From NCBI RefSeq assembly GCF_006345805.1, contig NC_043001.1:124930001-124994000 (forward strand): a stretch of 64,000 nt of DNA, written 5' to 3'. The first letter of the stretch is position 1. Each line of letters begins with the position of its first letter. This DNA comes from Octopus sinensis (lineage: Eukaryota). Positions 37,716-50,575 of the stretch are shown here, in pieces. The position numbers and the translations under genes were made by a program. Under the pieces are notes generated by a model that did not search any database, was not told the origin of the DNA, and was given only the letters and a program-made list of their open reading frames with translations.

Positions 37716-37720
<5 letters not shown>
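37407..37720. mobile_element. Second locus of the 8821 monomer family: truncated, foldback, lacking the HHR
   Basis: 37407-37626 matches 8819-9037; 37623-37720 is an inverted copy of 37503-37600. Confidence 0.85.
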
Positions 37721-37778
<58 letters not shown>

Positions 37779-37876
37779 GGTGTATATTATATGTATGTAT
37801 GTATTTATATACATACATATATATAGATAGATATAGATAAATAGATAGATAGATAGATAGATAGATACATACATAA

Positions 37877-37913
<37 letters not shown>

Positions 37914-38795
37914 ACATATATATAGACACACACTTTTTCATACATATACGCGCACACACACACACATATATACATATATATATTTATATATGCCTACACA
38001 TTTATATATTATCCCACACACTTTCTTATGAGCCAAATGTGTATACCTGTTAGTATGTCTGTATGTTTTTAAGCGTTTGAATTTACAAGCAAGAGGGGAA
38101 AAAGTGCTCGATGCAAAAGTAGAGAGTAAATATTTAATGCAGTGTTGAAATTTCATTTTATTAGGACTCAGAGCTACTGTGTTTTACTTAAATTAATTTA
38201 CAATAGACAGTAGTGGAATATTTATAGGTGAACAGAGTTTATAGGAGCTCACTCAATGGTTAGAAAGTACAATCATTTATACAGAGAATATAAAACACTT
38301 GAAAGGTAATGAGGAAAAAATATAAATGAAATTAAGAAATGAATTGCAAAACAATGGTGTACATATATATATATTTATGTATATGTGTGCATGCATGTGT
38401 GTGTATGTGGGTGTGTATGTATATGTGTGGGTGTATAGATATACATATATATATATATATTAGTTTGTATGTGTGTATGTGTGTAGGCATGTAAGCATAG
38501 TAGGGAACGACACGCGCACGGATGCATACACACACACTCACACACACGCGCGCATGTAGGCGCACACATACACACACATTTACGCACACATGCACACACA
38601 CACACACATTCCCACACACACACATATACACCCCCCTTGTGTTCGATTTTGTTTATATACCTGGAGCTGCTTCTAATTCATGTTTGAATTTTTCCATGGC
38701 ATGAAACGTAAGGACATACCAGTAGATGGTTTTTAAGCCATTTAGCACATTGTCATGGTCGGCGATATAGCTTGCAGCAGGCTATGTTCGGTACG

Positions 38796-38840
38796 TGGCA
38801 TTGAAAAGTCACAACAATGACGGAACATCGATGTCTGTCG
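38796..38840 (+). ncRNA. Minimal type I HHR-like motif, U3-A8 core variant with A13G
   Basis: TGGCA-TTGAAAA-GTCA/TGAC-GGAAC-ATCGAT-GTC-TGTCG; all three stems pair and stem III is palindromic. Confidence 0.55.
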
Positions 38841-39006
38841 CTCCGAGAAGGGACCTGGCGTGAGTTGTCGCGCTTGCCTATGACTTAATTTCAGGAATTT
38901 TAAAAAACCAGGCATTTTGAGAATCTATTCTCTTACGCTTAAAATGCAGCCGACCCACAATTAACAACACACACAAACCTTGTGTACATGTGATCGATTT
39001 TGTACA

Positions 39007-39064
<58 letters not shown>

Positions 39065-39066
<2 letters not shown>

Positions 39067-40260
39067 GGAAAGAAATAAGAGAAAAAACACAGAATATTTG
39101 TTTTAAAAGACTAAAGAATATTAGAATCAAAATAGCAAAAGTATTATACAATATTGTACTAAATAAGATTTCTTTCTTTCAACATAATAACCGGTTTCGC
39201 TATCGCTCTTCAAATTATGAGTTTTGGATGAATTTCTGAATTAGACTTTTTATTTCTTAGTGGGAGTAATTGGTAACCAAAGTATTTTACAGTAAAGAGG
39301 AGGTAAATCTGTAATTTTTATATTGGTCTACATTTAATTCTTACAATAGTTGGAGTAAATCTTTAATTTTCAATATTGGTTTATATTTAATTCCGGCTTA
39401 TATTTTTTCGATAAATAACGCCTCTTTATTTAGTCGTACTTGTGTTGAGTTTCAAATAGCAAATTGATATATGGGTAGATTACGAATTGTGGTTGCAGTT
39501 GTTCTGCACATCTGTCGATGTGTTCACTGGGATATATCTGGCGATATTGTGGAGAGGATAACTGTTGTCTGTGTACAGTGCTTCTCTGTCTGAACGACAT
39601 TTCTGTTGATCCTATATAGTTTTTATGGCAGCCCGAACATCTGATTACATAAATGAATTTTTAGAGGTGCAAGTGAAGTTGGATTTAACTTTGAATTTTC
39701 GACCTTGTCTAAATTGGAATTCTGATCCTTCTAAAAGATTGGAACATCTTCCGCAGTTAGGACAGTCACACTTTTTTACTCTTGCGTCCGTTATTTTTTA
39801 AAATAATTTAGCATTTGTGAGGATCTTTAATGCTTTGGTTGTTTACTTTTAATGATGTTATGGGTACGTAGAATTTCCTTCAGTTTTGGGTCCTTATAAA
39901 GTATTGGGAGATTTTGGACAATGATGCTGAATGCTTCTTTGTTTCTGGGATTCTATGTAGAGACATAAGTTAATGTTTTCAGAGTAGGTGTATTATTATG
40001 TTCGACTTTTCTTAATGTTTGTATGTCAATCGATTTTGTACGTTTAATCCCTTTATGAATTGAATTAGGTGGTGTCTATCCTGGAGTACTTTTTTAAGCT
40101 CTTGCAATCTTAGTTCACTGGAATTCTTTTGGACACTATGGTGCAAATCCTTCTTGCAAGGTTGAAGGAGATATTTGTTTTGATATGTCTCGGGTGGCAT
40201 GAGCTAAATAATAGATATTGTTTAGCGTCTGTTGTTTTGTAAAAATGTATTTTCGTACCA
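39065..40260 (-). mobile_element. Penelope-like element 3' ~1.2 kb (RT thumb/linker + GIY-YIG + 3' UTR) ending in (TA)n
   Basis: YKTTDAKQYLLFSSCHP; RLQELKKVL; C..C..C...LEGSEF..FTCTSKN; YVIRCSGCHKT/IGST; frameshifted. Confidence 0.8.
39183..39219 (-). ncRNA. Minimal type I HHR of PLE type (C3U)
   Basis: Minus strand: CATAAT-TTGAAGA-GC-GATA-GC-GAAAC-CG-GTT-ATTATG. Confidence 0.65.
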
Positions 40261-40443
40261 GAATTGAACTCAAATCTCTAAAATTGAATATCTATTACTT
40301 TAACACTGAGAATTACCATCAATCTAGTTCCTGACAACTGATAACAATTATCTTTCAACATACACTTTTATCACTCTAATTATCTCTCAATATATTTGTA
40401 TATCTATATCCATCTATATGTATGTATGTATATATATATATAA

Positions 40444-40475
<32 letters not shown>

Positions 40476-40501
40476 CTGCATGTGTGTTGTATGTATGTAT
40501 G

Positions 40502-40564
<63 letters not shown>

Positions 40565-41329
40565 ATATATATATATATATATAGCATCCTTTTATTTCTT
40601 CCTATATTGGTTTTGCATTTTACATATCTATATTAATGTGTCTTCTTCCGACGTTGTCTTTATCAATTATTCATTCTATTAATAAATTCCACGCACTTAA
40701 CATTCTTATAAAGACAGTCCATTAATAAATCCTAAATTCCACGCTATTCCTAATCGGTCGGTTTAAACAAAGGCCAATTATATATCTATCTCAGACTTCA
40801 AGTGATTTATAATTAATAATTCTTGCTTTCAATTATAGAACATTGCCACATTCTTTCTTCTCTTTGTATGTAGCTCCCAATCCTATTCCCAAATGGAGAG
40901 TCTTTTGGTTGTTGTTTTGGTTAGGTGTTTTATGATGATAATTTTTCTATATTTGAAAAAGAAAAGCAGGAGAGACAAAAAATTATCAAACTCTTATTAA
41001 GTCTACAAGAAATTGTTTTAAATTGATTCAGTGTTCTGTGATACATGAGAGAAGATTGGTGACAGGTTTCATGTCTGTTATTTGGTATACCAAAGCGTGA
41101 TAGAAATTATGTCGTTGGAAGTAAGAGACAGAAATTAGAGTTATTGTGTTCTTTCAAATTGAATTTGCCTTTCATTTTACACCGCTTCCACGTAGAAACT
41201 TCCCACTTTGATCCCTGATATGACACACAGCAGCAAAAAGACTCAATTTTGACTGGAATCAATTCCAGTAATACAACTTGAGAAAATTTATCACATTTTG
41301 TTGCCCTTGAAAATTGTGGCTATCTATTA

Positions 41330-41688
41330 TATAAAATCCATTGTGACTTCTCGGATCTCGGGCATCCTCCATCCGATTGCGCTCAAATTTGATATATAGA
41401 TACTGACGGTATCAGGGCGTGTATAAGTCTTGAAAACATTACAAAAATCGATTCCAGGTGAGAATGCGATCGATAAAGCCGTGGGAAAAATCGTTTTTCT
41501 TGGAATAGAAATAAGTCTATCGTTATTTCTTCTTTTTCTGGTGTCTCAAATTTTAGTTAAATCAGTGTTTCTCAAAGGGGAGGCCTATGGGACGGTCGGA
41601 CAAGTTGTTTTGAGAAAATTTGGTTTAAATGTTTGACAACTCAGCACCGTCCATTGGACGGGGGGCGTTTTGCTCGTATACATATATA
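41330..41688 (+). mobile_element. Possible Helitron/Helentron-derived non-autonomous element
   Basis: ccgattgcgctcaaatttg motif and 3' hairpin ccgtcca-t-tggacgg; weak assignment. Confidence 0.4.
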
Positions 41689-42299
41689 TATATATATATT
41701 AAATAAGGAATTGATATAATTCTATAGTATATTCAGTGAATTGCAACAATGAACATGGAGACACCTCTCTACAGTTCAGTTGTTTTTGTTGCTGTTGTGT
41801 TGTTGTTCTTGCTGTTGTTTATCTTCAGGACATCAGTGATTGAGCGGACCTGTGATCGAATGCATTCCATCCTTGATGATTTCTTCTTGTTATCAATATA
41901 TAAAGTTTTACATTATATAATGCAGTGGCTGGCATGATGAAAGAGGTTCGAACCCACATATGGACTGGCGAGCTGCGAGCCGGCGGGTCATTCTGCACAT
42001 GTCTGATAGTCTTTTGTGCCACGATTTGTCTAATTTTATCCTATATAAGCATTGCCAATATTGGAAATGGGAACATATACAATATTATGATATATATATA
42101 TATATATATCTAATATATATATATATAAATACGATAATAATATATATTTATATTATATAATATATATATATATATGAAAATATGTGGAAAACATATATGG
42201 AAAATTAGAAGAGAAAAATGCCTTTGTTTCACATAGTTTGATATCTTTTATAAAGAAATTTTATATATATATATATATACATATTTTATGGATGTCATG

Positions 42300-42345
42300 A
42301 TATCCAACCGGTTTTCGCTCTTTAAATCAGCTTTTCAAGGGACAT
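42300..42345 (-). ncRNA. Degenerate minimal HHR remnant
   Basis: Minus strand: ATGTCC-CTTGAAAA-GCT...AGC-GAAAAC-CG-GTT-GGATAT; stems pair but the core has indels. Confidence 0.4.
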
Positions 42346-42438
42346 TGTGAAGTAATCATTTCTTGTGACAAAGAGATCTTGCTATTTTAGATTCTTGAAA
42401 AGTAAGAATAAATCTAGAGAATGGACTGTGTATATATG

Positions 42439-42500
<62 letters not shown>

Positions 42501-42551
42501 CATACATACTATATATATATATATATATATAATATATATATATATATAATA

Positions 42552-42584
<33 letters not shown>

Positions 42585-42764
42585 GAAAATTATTATGAAA
42601 TATTATATGAAATACATGCAGGTCATACAAAATGTAACAAAAATTAGAAGTTGTCCGTCACAGAAAGAAATTGCCAACCCGAATATCCTGTCTATATAAG
42701 ACGGTAAGGTAATGATTTTTGGTCTTTTTTATTATATACGCAGTTACTGGCACACTTCGTAAAG

Positions 42765-42887
<123 letters not shown>

Positions 42888-43343
42888 AGTTTCCTTATTG
42901 GCCACACAGGGCTGCACACAGATGGGACAAGTTACAAGGTAGAGCTTTTCTTTTGGAGGAGAAAAAAAAAAGGTGGCGTAGGTTTTCGATCAAAAGGGAT
43001 CGTAAAAGGGAAAAAAGAACAAAAAAAAAGAAAGAAAGGAAAAGAAAAAAATAGATAGATAGATAGATAGGTACACACAAATATGTGTATGTGTATGTGA
43101 GTGTGCAGGCATGCGTCTTATGTGTGTGCATGCGTAAAGGACTGTTTACAAATGTAAAACAGCGCTTCAAGTTACGTTCCGTTACGCTAAAACAGAGTAA
43201 AACCGTTCGATAGATATCGATAAATATACACTGACACTGAAAAATGACACTAAAGCCCATACTATTGACAAATACCCTTCTAGGCAATGTTCCAATATAG
43301 CTGCAGTCAAATGAGTGAAACTGGTAAAGGAATAATATATTAA

Positions 43344-43555
43344 TAGGCGCAGAAGTGACTGTGTGGTAAGTAGCTTGCTTACCAACCACATGGTTCCGGG
43401 TCAGTCCCACTGCGTGGCATCTTGGGCAAGTGTCTTCTGCTATAGCCTCGGGCTGACCAATGCCTTGTGAGTGGATTTGGTAGACGGAAACTGTAAGAAG
43501 CCTGTCGTATATATATATTTATATATATATGTGTGTGTGGTGTGTGTGTGTGTGT

Positions 43556-43590
<35 letters not shown>

Positions 43591-43800
43591 TTGTGCGTCC
43601 GTGTTTGTCTCCCTTGCATTGCTTGACAACCGATGCTGGTGTGTTTACGTCCCCGTCACTTAGCGGTTCGGCAAAAGAGACCGATAGAATAAGTACTGGG
43701 CTTACAAAGAATAAGTCCCGGGGGTCGATGTGCTCGACTAAAGGCGGTGCTCCAGCCTGGCCGCAGTCAAATGACTGAAACAAGTAAAAGAGTAAAGAGT
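43344..43800 (+). mobile_element. SINE family B
   Basis: Family match. Confidence 0.85.
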
Positions 43801-43952
43801 AATTTCCACAACGGCCACTAAACCACTAAACTCTACAAGCATTATATCAACTGAGGCTGAGTTACCTCTGCTTTATCAACTTCACATTCCACTGAATGTT
43901 GCGGATTCTCACAAGGATAACTGACTAGCCTATGTTCTGGAGGTAATATAGT

Positions 43953-44180
43953 CGAGCTGGCAGAAACGTTAGCACGCCGGACGAAATGCGTAGCCGTATT
44001 TCGTCTGTCGTTACGTTCCGAGTTCAAATTCCGCCGAGGTCGACTTTGCCTTTCATCCTTTCGGGGTCAATAAATTAAGTACCAGTTACGTACAGGGGTC
44101 GATGTAATCGACTTAATACCTATATCTGTCCTTGTTTGTCCGCTCTGTGTTTAGCCCCTTGTGGGCAATAAAGAAATAGG
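43953..44180 (+). mobile_element. SINE family C, TSD aggtaatatagt
   Basis: Family match; the 12-mer recurs on both sides. Confidence 0.85.
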
Positions 44181-44264
44181 TAATATAGTTACTGAGTGCA
44201 TATACGTGCACATACACACATACACACACTCGCGCATACACACATCCACCCCAGCACTCAGCTG

Positions 44265-44390
44265 GTGCTTATTTTATCGCCCCTGAAAGGATGAAAAATA
44301 AAGTCGATGTCGAAGGAATTCGAACTCAGATGGTAAAGACGGATGAAATGTCGCTTAGTATTTTGCCCGGTGTGCTATCGATTCTGCCAC
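44265..44390 (-). mobile_element. Diverged SINE-C head
   Basis: Partial similarity. Confidence 0.5.
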
Positions 44391-44502
44391 CTGACAGCTC
44401 TATAGCGTGTACATGTTTTTCTAATGCAACACATATCGAGCTCAAAGTTTCTCTCACTACCTCATCATTCTCTTACCCGCTCTCGGTCGTCCTTCTCTCT
44501 CA

Positions 44503-44539
<37 letters not shown>

Positions 44540-44648
44540 ACTCTTTCTCTCTCATCCTTTCTTCAATCTTGCTCCCTCTTTCTCTTACTTTCAACCCTTT
44601 CGTTTTACTCCCTCAACTTTCTTTCTCAACGCTCTCTCACAGAATTTA

Positions 44649-45031
44649 TCTCTCTATATATAAACGGCAGTTTGTCTGTCTGCGTGTCTGTGTGTCTGTT
44701 AGGTTGTACCCTCACCCTGACCACGGCTTCCAACCGATTCTGATGAAACTTGACACACACATAGCCCAATGTCATAATACAAAACTAACGCAGCGAAAAT
44801 TTTGAAAAGTTCCCCCAGTTCTGAAAAAAATCGATAAATTCGACATGGGGTCGAGAATCAGAAACACAAACCACAGACTGTCATGGGGACGCAACTCGAC
44901 CTTTTTAACTCTCAAAAAAATTTACCATCATTTTTTTTCCATTTTTTTGCTATTTCTGGGCTATAACTCTCTAAAAATGCTTTATAGTTATTTCTCTTAC
45001 AAACCCGGGCAACGCCGGGCGATACTGCTAG
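44649..45031 (+). mobile_element. Non-autonomous Helitron-like element
   Basis: 5' TC...tatatataa; 3' hairpin CCCGG-GCAACG-CCGGG then CTAG followed by T; no TSD. Confidence 0.7.
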
Positions 45032-45380
45032 TCTTAAATAAAAACATGAAGAGTGAAAGAGAGTTTGCATTAGTTTAAAGCATGCAAACTTAGCGAAGAA
45101 AAATCAATAGAGAGAAAGAGGTTCCGGCATAAAACCATGTTTCCCCTCCATAAAATAGTGACCTTCTAGTCTTATACCGTTACCCTTCCTTAAATCCGCA
45201 TTCCATGCTCAAATTCATTTCTCATTCATCTCATTTTCATATTTCAGTCAGTGTCTCTTCATTTCTCTCTTTCTCTTTCTATTTCTCTTTCTCTCTCTCT
45301 CTTTTTCTTCTTCTCTCTCTCTCTCTCTCTCTCTCCATATATATATATATATATATATACAAGCATGTATGTAATTATAT

Positions 45381-45430
<50 letters not shown>

Positions 45431-45749
45431 ATACCTATGTATATGTATGTATATACATATTTGTAATGATATATATATATATATATATATTTGCGTTGTA
45501 TGTGTATATATATGTACACGCACGCGCATACACACACACAGAGAGGATAGAGTACTTTTTTGTTGCTCTTTCAACGGAAAAGTAAGCTTTCCAAGAAAGT
45601 ACATATATATATATGTGTGTGTGTGTGTGCATGCATGTATGTATGTGTATATATATATATATATATATATGCTAAAATGTTTGATTTAAAATCTCTCCAA
45701 GAGATCAACGCAGTAGTTGTAGTAACAAGTAATGTTCGCACCCACATCA

Positions 45750-45960
45750 AAATGGCTGTCCGTTCGAGCGGACTTTACTGCGATTCTTTTAACCCCAAGA
45801 GGACATCTCCTCTAGCTGGTTAACGATGCACAGCTGCATCCGATAAAACTGTAAGCAGGAGAGCGAACCCCTTCCGCCTTCTAGTGACGTGACCAGCCTA
45901 AGCACCCTGGTTTCGGGCTATTTCTGCCTCTTTTCAGTACTTGATACCTGCTAGAGATGG
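45750..45960 (-). mobile_element. Relative of the 36100 element with HHR remnant (45897-45945)
   Basis: Minus strand: AAGTA-CTGAAAA-GAGGC-agaaata-GCCC-GAAAC...TGCTT; shared gggttcgctc(t/c)cctgctt and aaccagct...ggggttaaaa motifs. Confidence 0.45.
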
Positions 45961-46045
45961 AGGTAACTCGCTTCTGCTCGCAATACACATAATTTCAAGA
46001 GACATACAATCGCTGATTTTGCAACAAATATATATATATATATAG

Positions 46046-46084
<39 letters not shown>

Positions 46085-46200
46085 ATGTCTTCCAGGGGAC
46101 CATCATGGTTTCTTGTTCTCTTGAAAAGGTTCTAAGAATCCAGCCAGCCAGCCGTCTACATTTCATTGTCAGTTTAGCAACATGTACATGAAAGGTCGCG

Positions 46201-46205
<5 letters not shown>
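46085..46205 (-). repeat. Duplicate of CR1 segment 47350-47468
   Basis: Near-identical 120 bp between (TA)n tracts. Confidence 0.8.
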
Positions 46206-46252
<47 letters not shown>

Positions 46253-46301
46253 CTAATTTAATATAATATAGATATGTATATATATATATATATATATATA
46301 T

Positions 46302-46566
46302 TATAAGAAAATATAAGTGTGAAAAAAACGACAGAAGGCTTAAATGTTAAAAAATATATATATTTGTGTCAAAATGTCTGGAGAATATTGGAAAAATTTT
46401 TTTTCCTTTCCTTACAATGACATAATTTAAAAAATTTTTTAAATTATGTCATTTAAGGAAAGGAAAAAAAATTTTTCCAATATTCTCCAGACATTTTGAC
46501 ACAAATATATATATTTTTTAACATTTAAGCCTTCTGTCGTTTTTCACACTTTACTTTTTCTTATAT
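46302..46566. repeat. Foldback inverted repeat (~127-bp arms) between (TA)n tracts
   Basis: 46302-46428 is the reverse complement of 46441-46566. Confidence 0.9.
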
Positions 46567-46769
46567 ATTCACCCACGTGCTTTACCAAACAAACTTTCTT
46601 ATCTCTATATATATATATATATTAATATATATATCTATATATGTATATATATATTATATATATTATATATATATATATAATATATGTATATATATATGTA
46701 TATATATATGTATATATATATATGATTTTGATTTTGATTTTTCCAGTTTCAGCTAATGAGCTGTGGCAT

Positions 46770-48185
46770 GCTGGGGACACCGCCATTTGTTTGCTACACG
46801 GTTTTACCTCACGGATGCTTTTTAGCAAACGCCATCTGATGCATGAGAGAGTTCGATGCAGCTGCCTCATCTGCACCTCCTGCCGTGAAGTTGTTCATCC
46901 GGGACACCTGACAGGAAGAGATCCAGTCCTACTTTAAAGACATCCGCATCTACACCATGCAGGTCCCTCAGGGTTCTTCGGGAGGATATTGAAGAGCCGT
47001 GGGCCTCTGAAGCCCAGGCTATCACAATATCTTGTCCTACATCTTGATGGCAAATTGGAGTCCTTGGTACTACGCAGTGGCGTCCGGTTCTGGCATTTGT
47101 GTGACTCTCGGTGCCAAAGTCTGGGACAAGACCTCCAGGATCTTCCAGATATCTATTATGGCATATCTTTCTCGTCTACGCTCCAGGGAATAGAGCTTTA
47201 ATCTCTTGAGTTTCTCCCAGTAGCTCATATGCTGCACAGAGGTTAATCTTCTTCGTGTAGCTTCGTGGATCGCCTCAAGTTCTGTGATCACTTGACACTG
47301 GATGGTGACCATAGCTGAGAGCAATAGTCAAAGTGGCTTAGGACAAGTGTCTTCCAGAGGACCATCAGGTTTCTTGTTCTCTTGTTCTAAAGGTTCTAAG
47401 AATCCAGCCAGCCAGCCGTCTATATTTCATTGTCAGTTTAGCAACATGTACATGAAAGGTCGCGTCATCACTCATGTGAATACCCAGGTCACGCACTGAT
47501 TGCGCCTCTGGGATTGCAATCCCTCCGGGTCCAGTGTATTCATTGGGTATTGCATTCAGTTTTGCATGCTGATAGTATAAAGCTTGAAACTTTTCAGCAT
47601 TAAACTGCATGCTATTCTTCAGCCCACTTGTATATTTCGTCCAGCTCACATTGCAGGTGCTTAGTGTCCTCAGGGTTCTGTATTGCCTGTGAAATTTTGT
47701 ATCATCTGCATAACTTGTGATCGTGGCTCTCTGCGTGGCTGAGGGCATGTCTGAGAGGGCGCATTATGAACAGTAGTGGTCCCAAAACAGTGCCCTGCGG
47801 AACACCGCTCACTATTTGCGTGCTAATGGAAGTGGCCCCATTGGCTGCTACCACCTGACTTCTATTCTTCAGAAAGTCATGGAGCCATTCTCCTAGTTTT
47901 CCAACTATGCCAAGATCACGCAGCTTGGACATATCATTCCATGATCGACTTTATAGAATGCCTTGCGAAAGTCGAGATATATGACTTCCACATTTGAGTG
48001 GTTGAGCAGTTGTTCAGCACCCAGTCTAGTGCTGCAGGAGCTGAGTTAAGCAGCTTTTCCTGGTCGGAAACATGTTGGGTGTCAGGCAGAGCAAGTCATT
48101 TTCTTCAAGGAAGGTGATTAGTTTCCTTCTGACTATTCGTTCCATGACCTTGCTGATGTGTGAGGTCAGAGAGATAGGTCTGTAG
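46770..48185 (-). pseudogene. CR1-clade LINE reverse transcriptase pseudogene, cut by the gap
   Basis: YRPISLTSHISKVMER; YLDF.KAF.KVDH; SGVPQGTVLGPLLF; YADDTK; VRDLGI; WILRTF; LYSLERRRER. Confidence 0.9.
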
Positions 48186-48285
48186 NNNNNNNNNNNNNNN
48201 NNNNNNNNNNNNNNNNNNNNNNNNNNNNNNNNNNNNNNNNNNNNNNNNNNNNNNNNNNNNNNNNNNNNNNNNNNNNNNNNNNNNN
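48186..48285. other. Assembly gap (100 N)
   Basis: Directly visible. Confidence 1.
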
Positions 48286-48376
48286 ATGTTATGCTTCAGC
48301 ATGTATGTTTACATATATCCGAGTACTTGTGGCTGTTTCTATTGTGTGGTAAGAAAAGGACATACAAAACACATAT

Positions 48377-48422
<46 letters not shown>

Positions 48423-48765
48423 CATATACATATATATATATATATATATATAGATATATATATATATATGTAGATATATGTTGTATATATATTATATTAT
48501 AGATATAGATATATATATATATATATGTATGTTATATATATATATATATTTATATAGATATAGATAGATTATATTATATATATATATTATTGTATATATA
48601 TATATTCTATTATATTATATTAATTTATTTATTTTTATTATATTATATTATATTATATCATATTATATTACATTATATATTATATTTGTGCGTATGTATC
48701 TATGTACATACATATATATGTATGTGTAAATATATATATATATATAGTGTGTGTGTATGTACATT

Positions 48766-48815
<50 letters not shown>

Positions 48816-48927
48816 TATACGCAGAGAACAGACACAGTAAGAAAGTGGGGAAAGAGGAGGCACACATTGACAGAGATAAATGTTGTCTAGCTTGTGGCAT
48901 TTAAAAATGTACACTTACATGTGGATG

Positions 48928-48959
<32 letters not shown>

Positions 48960-50317
48960 TGTATGTATGTATGTATGTGTGCATATATATGTGTGTATGG
49001 AGGTGTGTGTCTATGTGCGTTAGCGTGTGTGTTTGTGTTTGAGAAAAAACATTCGCTATACTAAGAAATCAACAATTCAAAAGAACTGCATGTTAATTGC
49101 AGAGTATACAGCAAATTTCTTCATATTTTTCTTGAAATATGAGTAAAAGTTGTATGCGTGTTTGGGTGTGTTCGTATATGTGCTTGTGCAGGTGTATGTA
49201 TTAAACATACGTATAGTTTTCTGAGTAGTCTAAAGTATATACCTATACATCTTGAAGAACTAATTCACTATTTTATAACATTTTTTCATATATAGATATA
49301 CATACATACATCAGCATGGCCACAGCTCGTGAGCTGAAACTAGATAAAATGAAATGAAAGTGATATATATATATTCATGTGTGTATGTATATATGATATA
49401 TATATGATATATGTGTATATTATATATTACATGTATATATATGTGTGTGTTTTTGTATATATGTGCAGTACACACATATTGTGTGTGTGTATATATATAT
49501 AGATCGTCTCCTTGTCCTGTCTTTTACTGTTTATATTTTGTACTGTCGTTACTGTCCTGTTTTTGTTACCATTTTTACCCCTCCGCAAAAAGATCTCAAA
49601 TTTTATTTAATTTGCTTTTCGCGGGAAGGAAGTTTCCTATCGAAGATGCGTATCGCGCCTTCACCTTCGAAACGCAGAGTAGATGAAACCATGGCGACTG
49701 AAGAAGGGGAATTTTCCTTGTGTTTTATTTCCCTGTACTCTATTTTTTCGTTGTTTAAGAAAAATGTCCAGTTCCTTGGTTTTGTGTATATGTTTTCGTT
49801 TCTCATTGGGTTCGACGCTTTTTTTGGTGTCCTGTACCCATATATGCGTGTATATATACATGCAGAGGTAGGTACCTACATATATGTATGTATATATGCA
49901 TATGTTTTATTTATTAATTTATTTATTTATATATATATGTATGTATGTATATATATATATATAATACATATATGTAGATAGGTAAGTTGGTAGGTGGGTA
50001 GGTAGGTAGGTAGGTAGGTAGGTAGGTAGGTATACACATGCACGCATACAAGCATTCATACATACGTACATAGGTACATAGGTACGTTAGGCATGTAATA
50101 ACTGAAGACTTTATAAATATATGCGAATGGATACACATTCGTCTTTGAACGTAGTTAGATATTAGTGTTGCAAACAGATATTTAGCTTGGCTGTGGAAAT
50201 ACAATCGAAGGTAAACCACAGTCTTCGGTAGTTGAAAGTGAGTATCATCCGATAAGTTTTGCTTCTTTTTATCTTCATCAAAAATCGTTTAACGTACGTT
50301 TTAATTGCGTAAATCAA

Positions 50318-50575
50318 TCTTTATATATAAAAGTGAAGTTGTGTGTCTGTCTCCTACGATTTAGATTCCTAACTACTCCCACATTTTGCGGTGCAGTGTA
50401 ACCAAAAGCGGGTATCTTATAGTCGTGATTCATATCGAGCCCTTCTGGGGATTAGCATGCGTCTACGATGAGTCTACGATTTAAAAAAAATTTTACCATC
50501 ATTTTTTCCCATTTTTAATGCATTTTTTTGCTATTATATAAGGGAAGTAACTCTCTAAAAATGTATTATTATATC
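50318..50575 (+). mobile_element. Helitron-like element, 3'-truncated, same family as 56718-57192
   Basis: First ~200 bp nearly identical to the 56718 copy. Confidence 0.65.

Noticed and set aside
43855-43935. Possible 71-nt minus-strand exon (cag|...gag|gtaact)
   Set aside because: Weak polypyrimidine tract, no recognisable protein, no partner exons.
49615-49725. GAAAC-GCAGA-GTA and a nearby CTGAAGA with a hairpin
   Set aside because: The elements are not in an order or register that closes the three-way junction.
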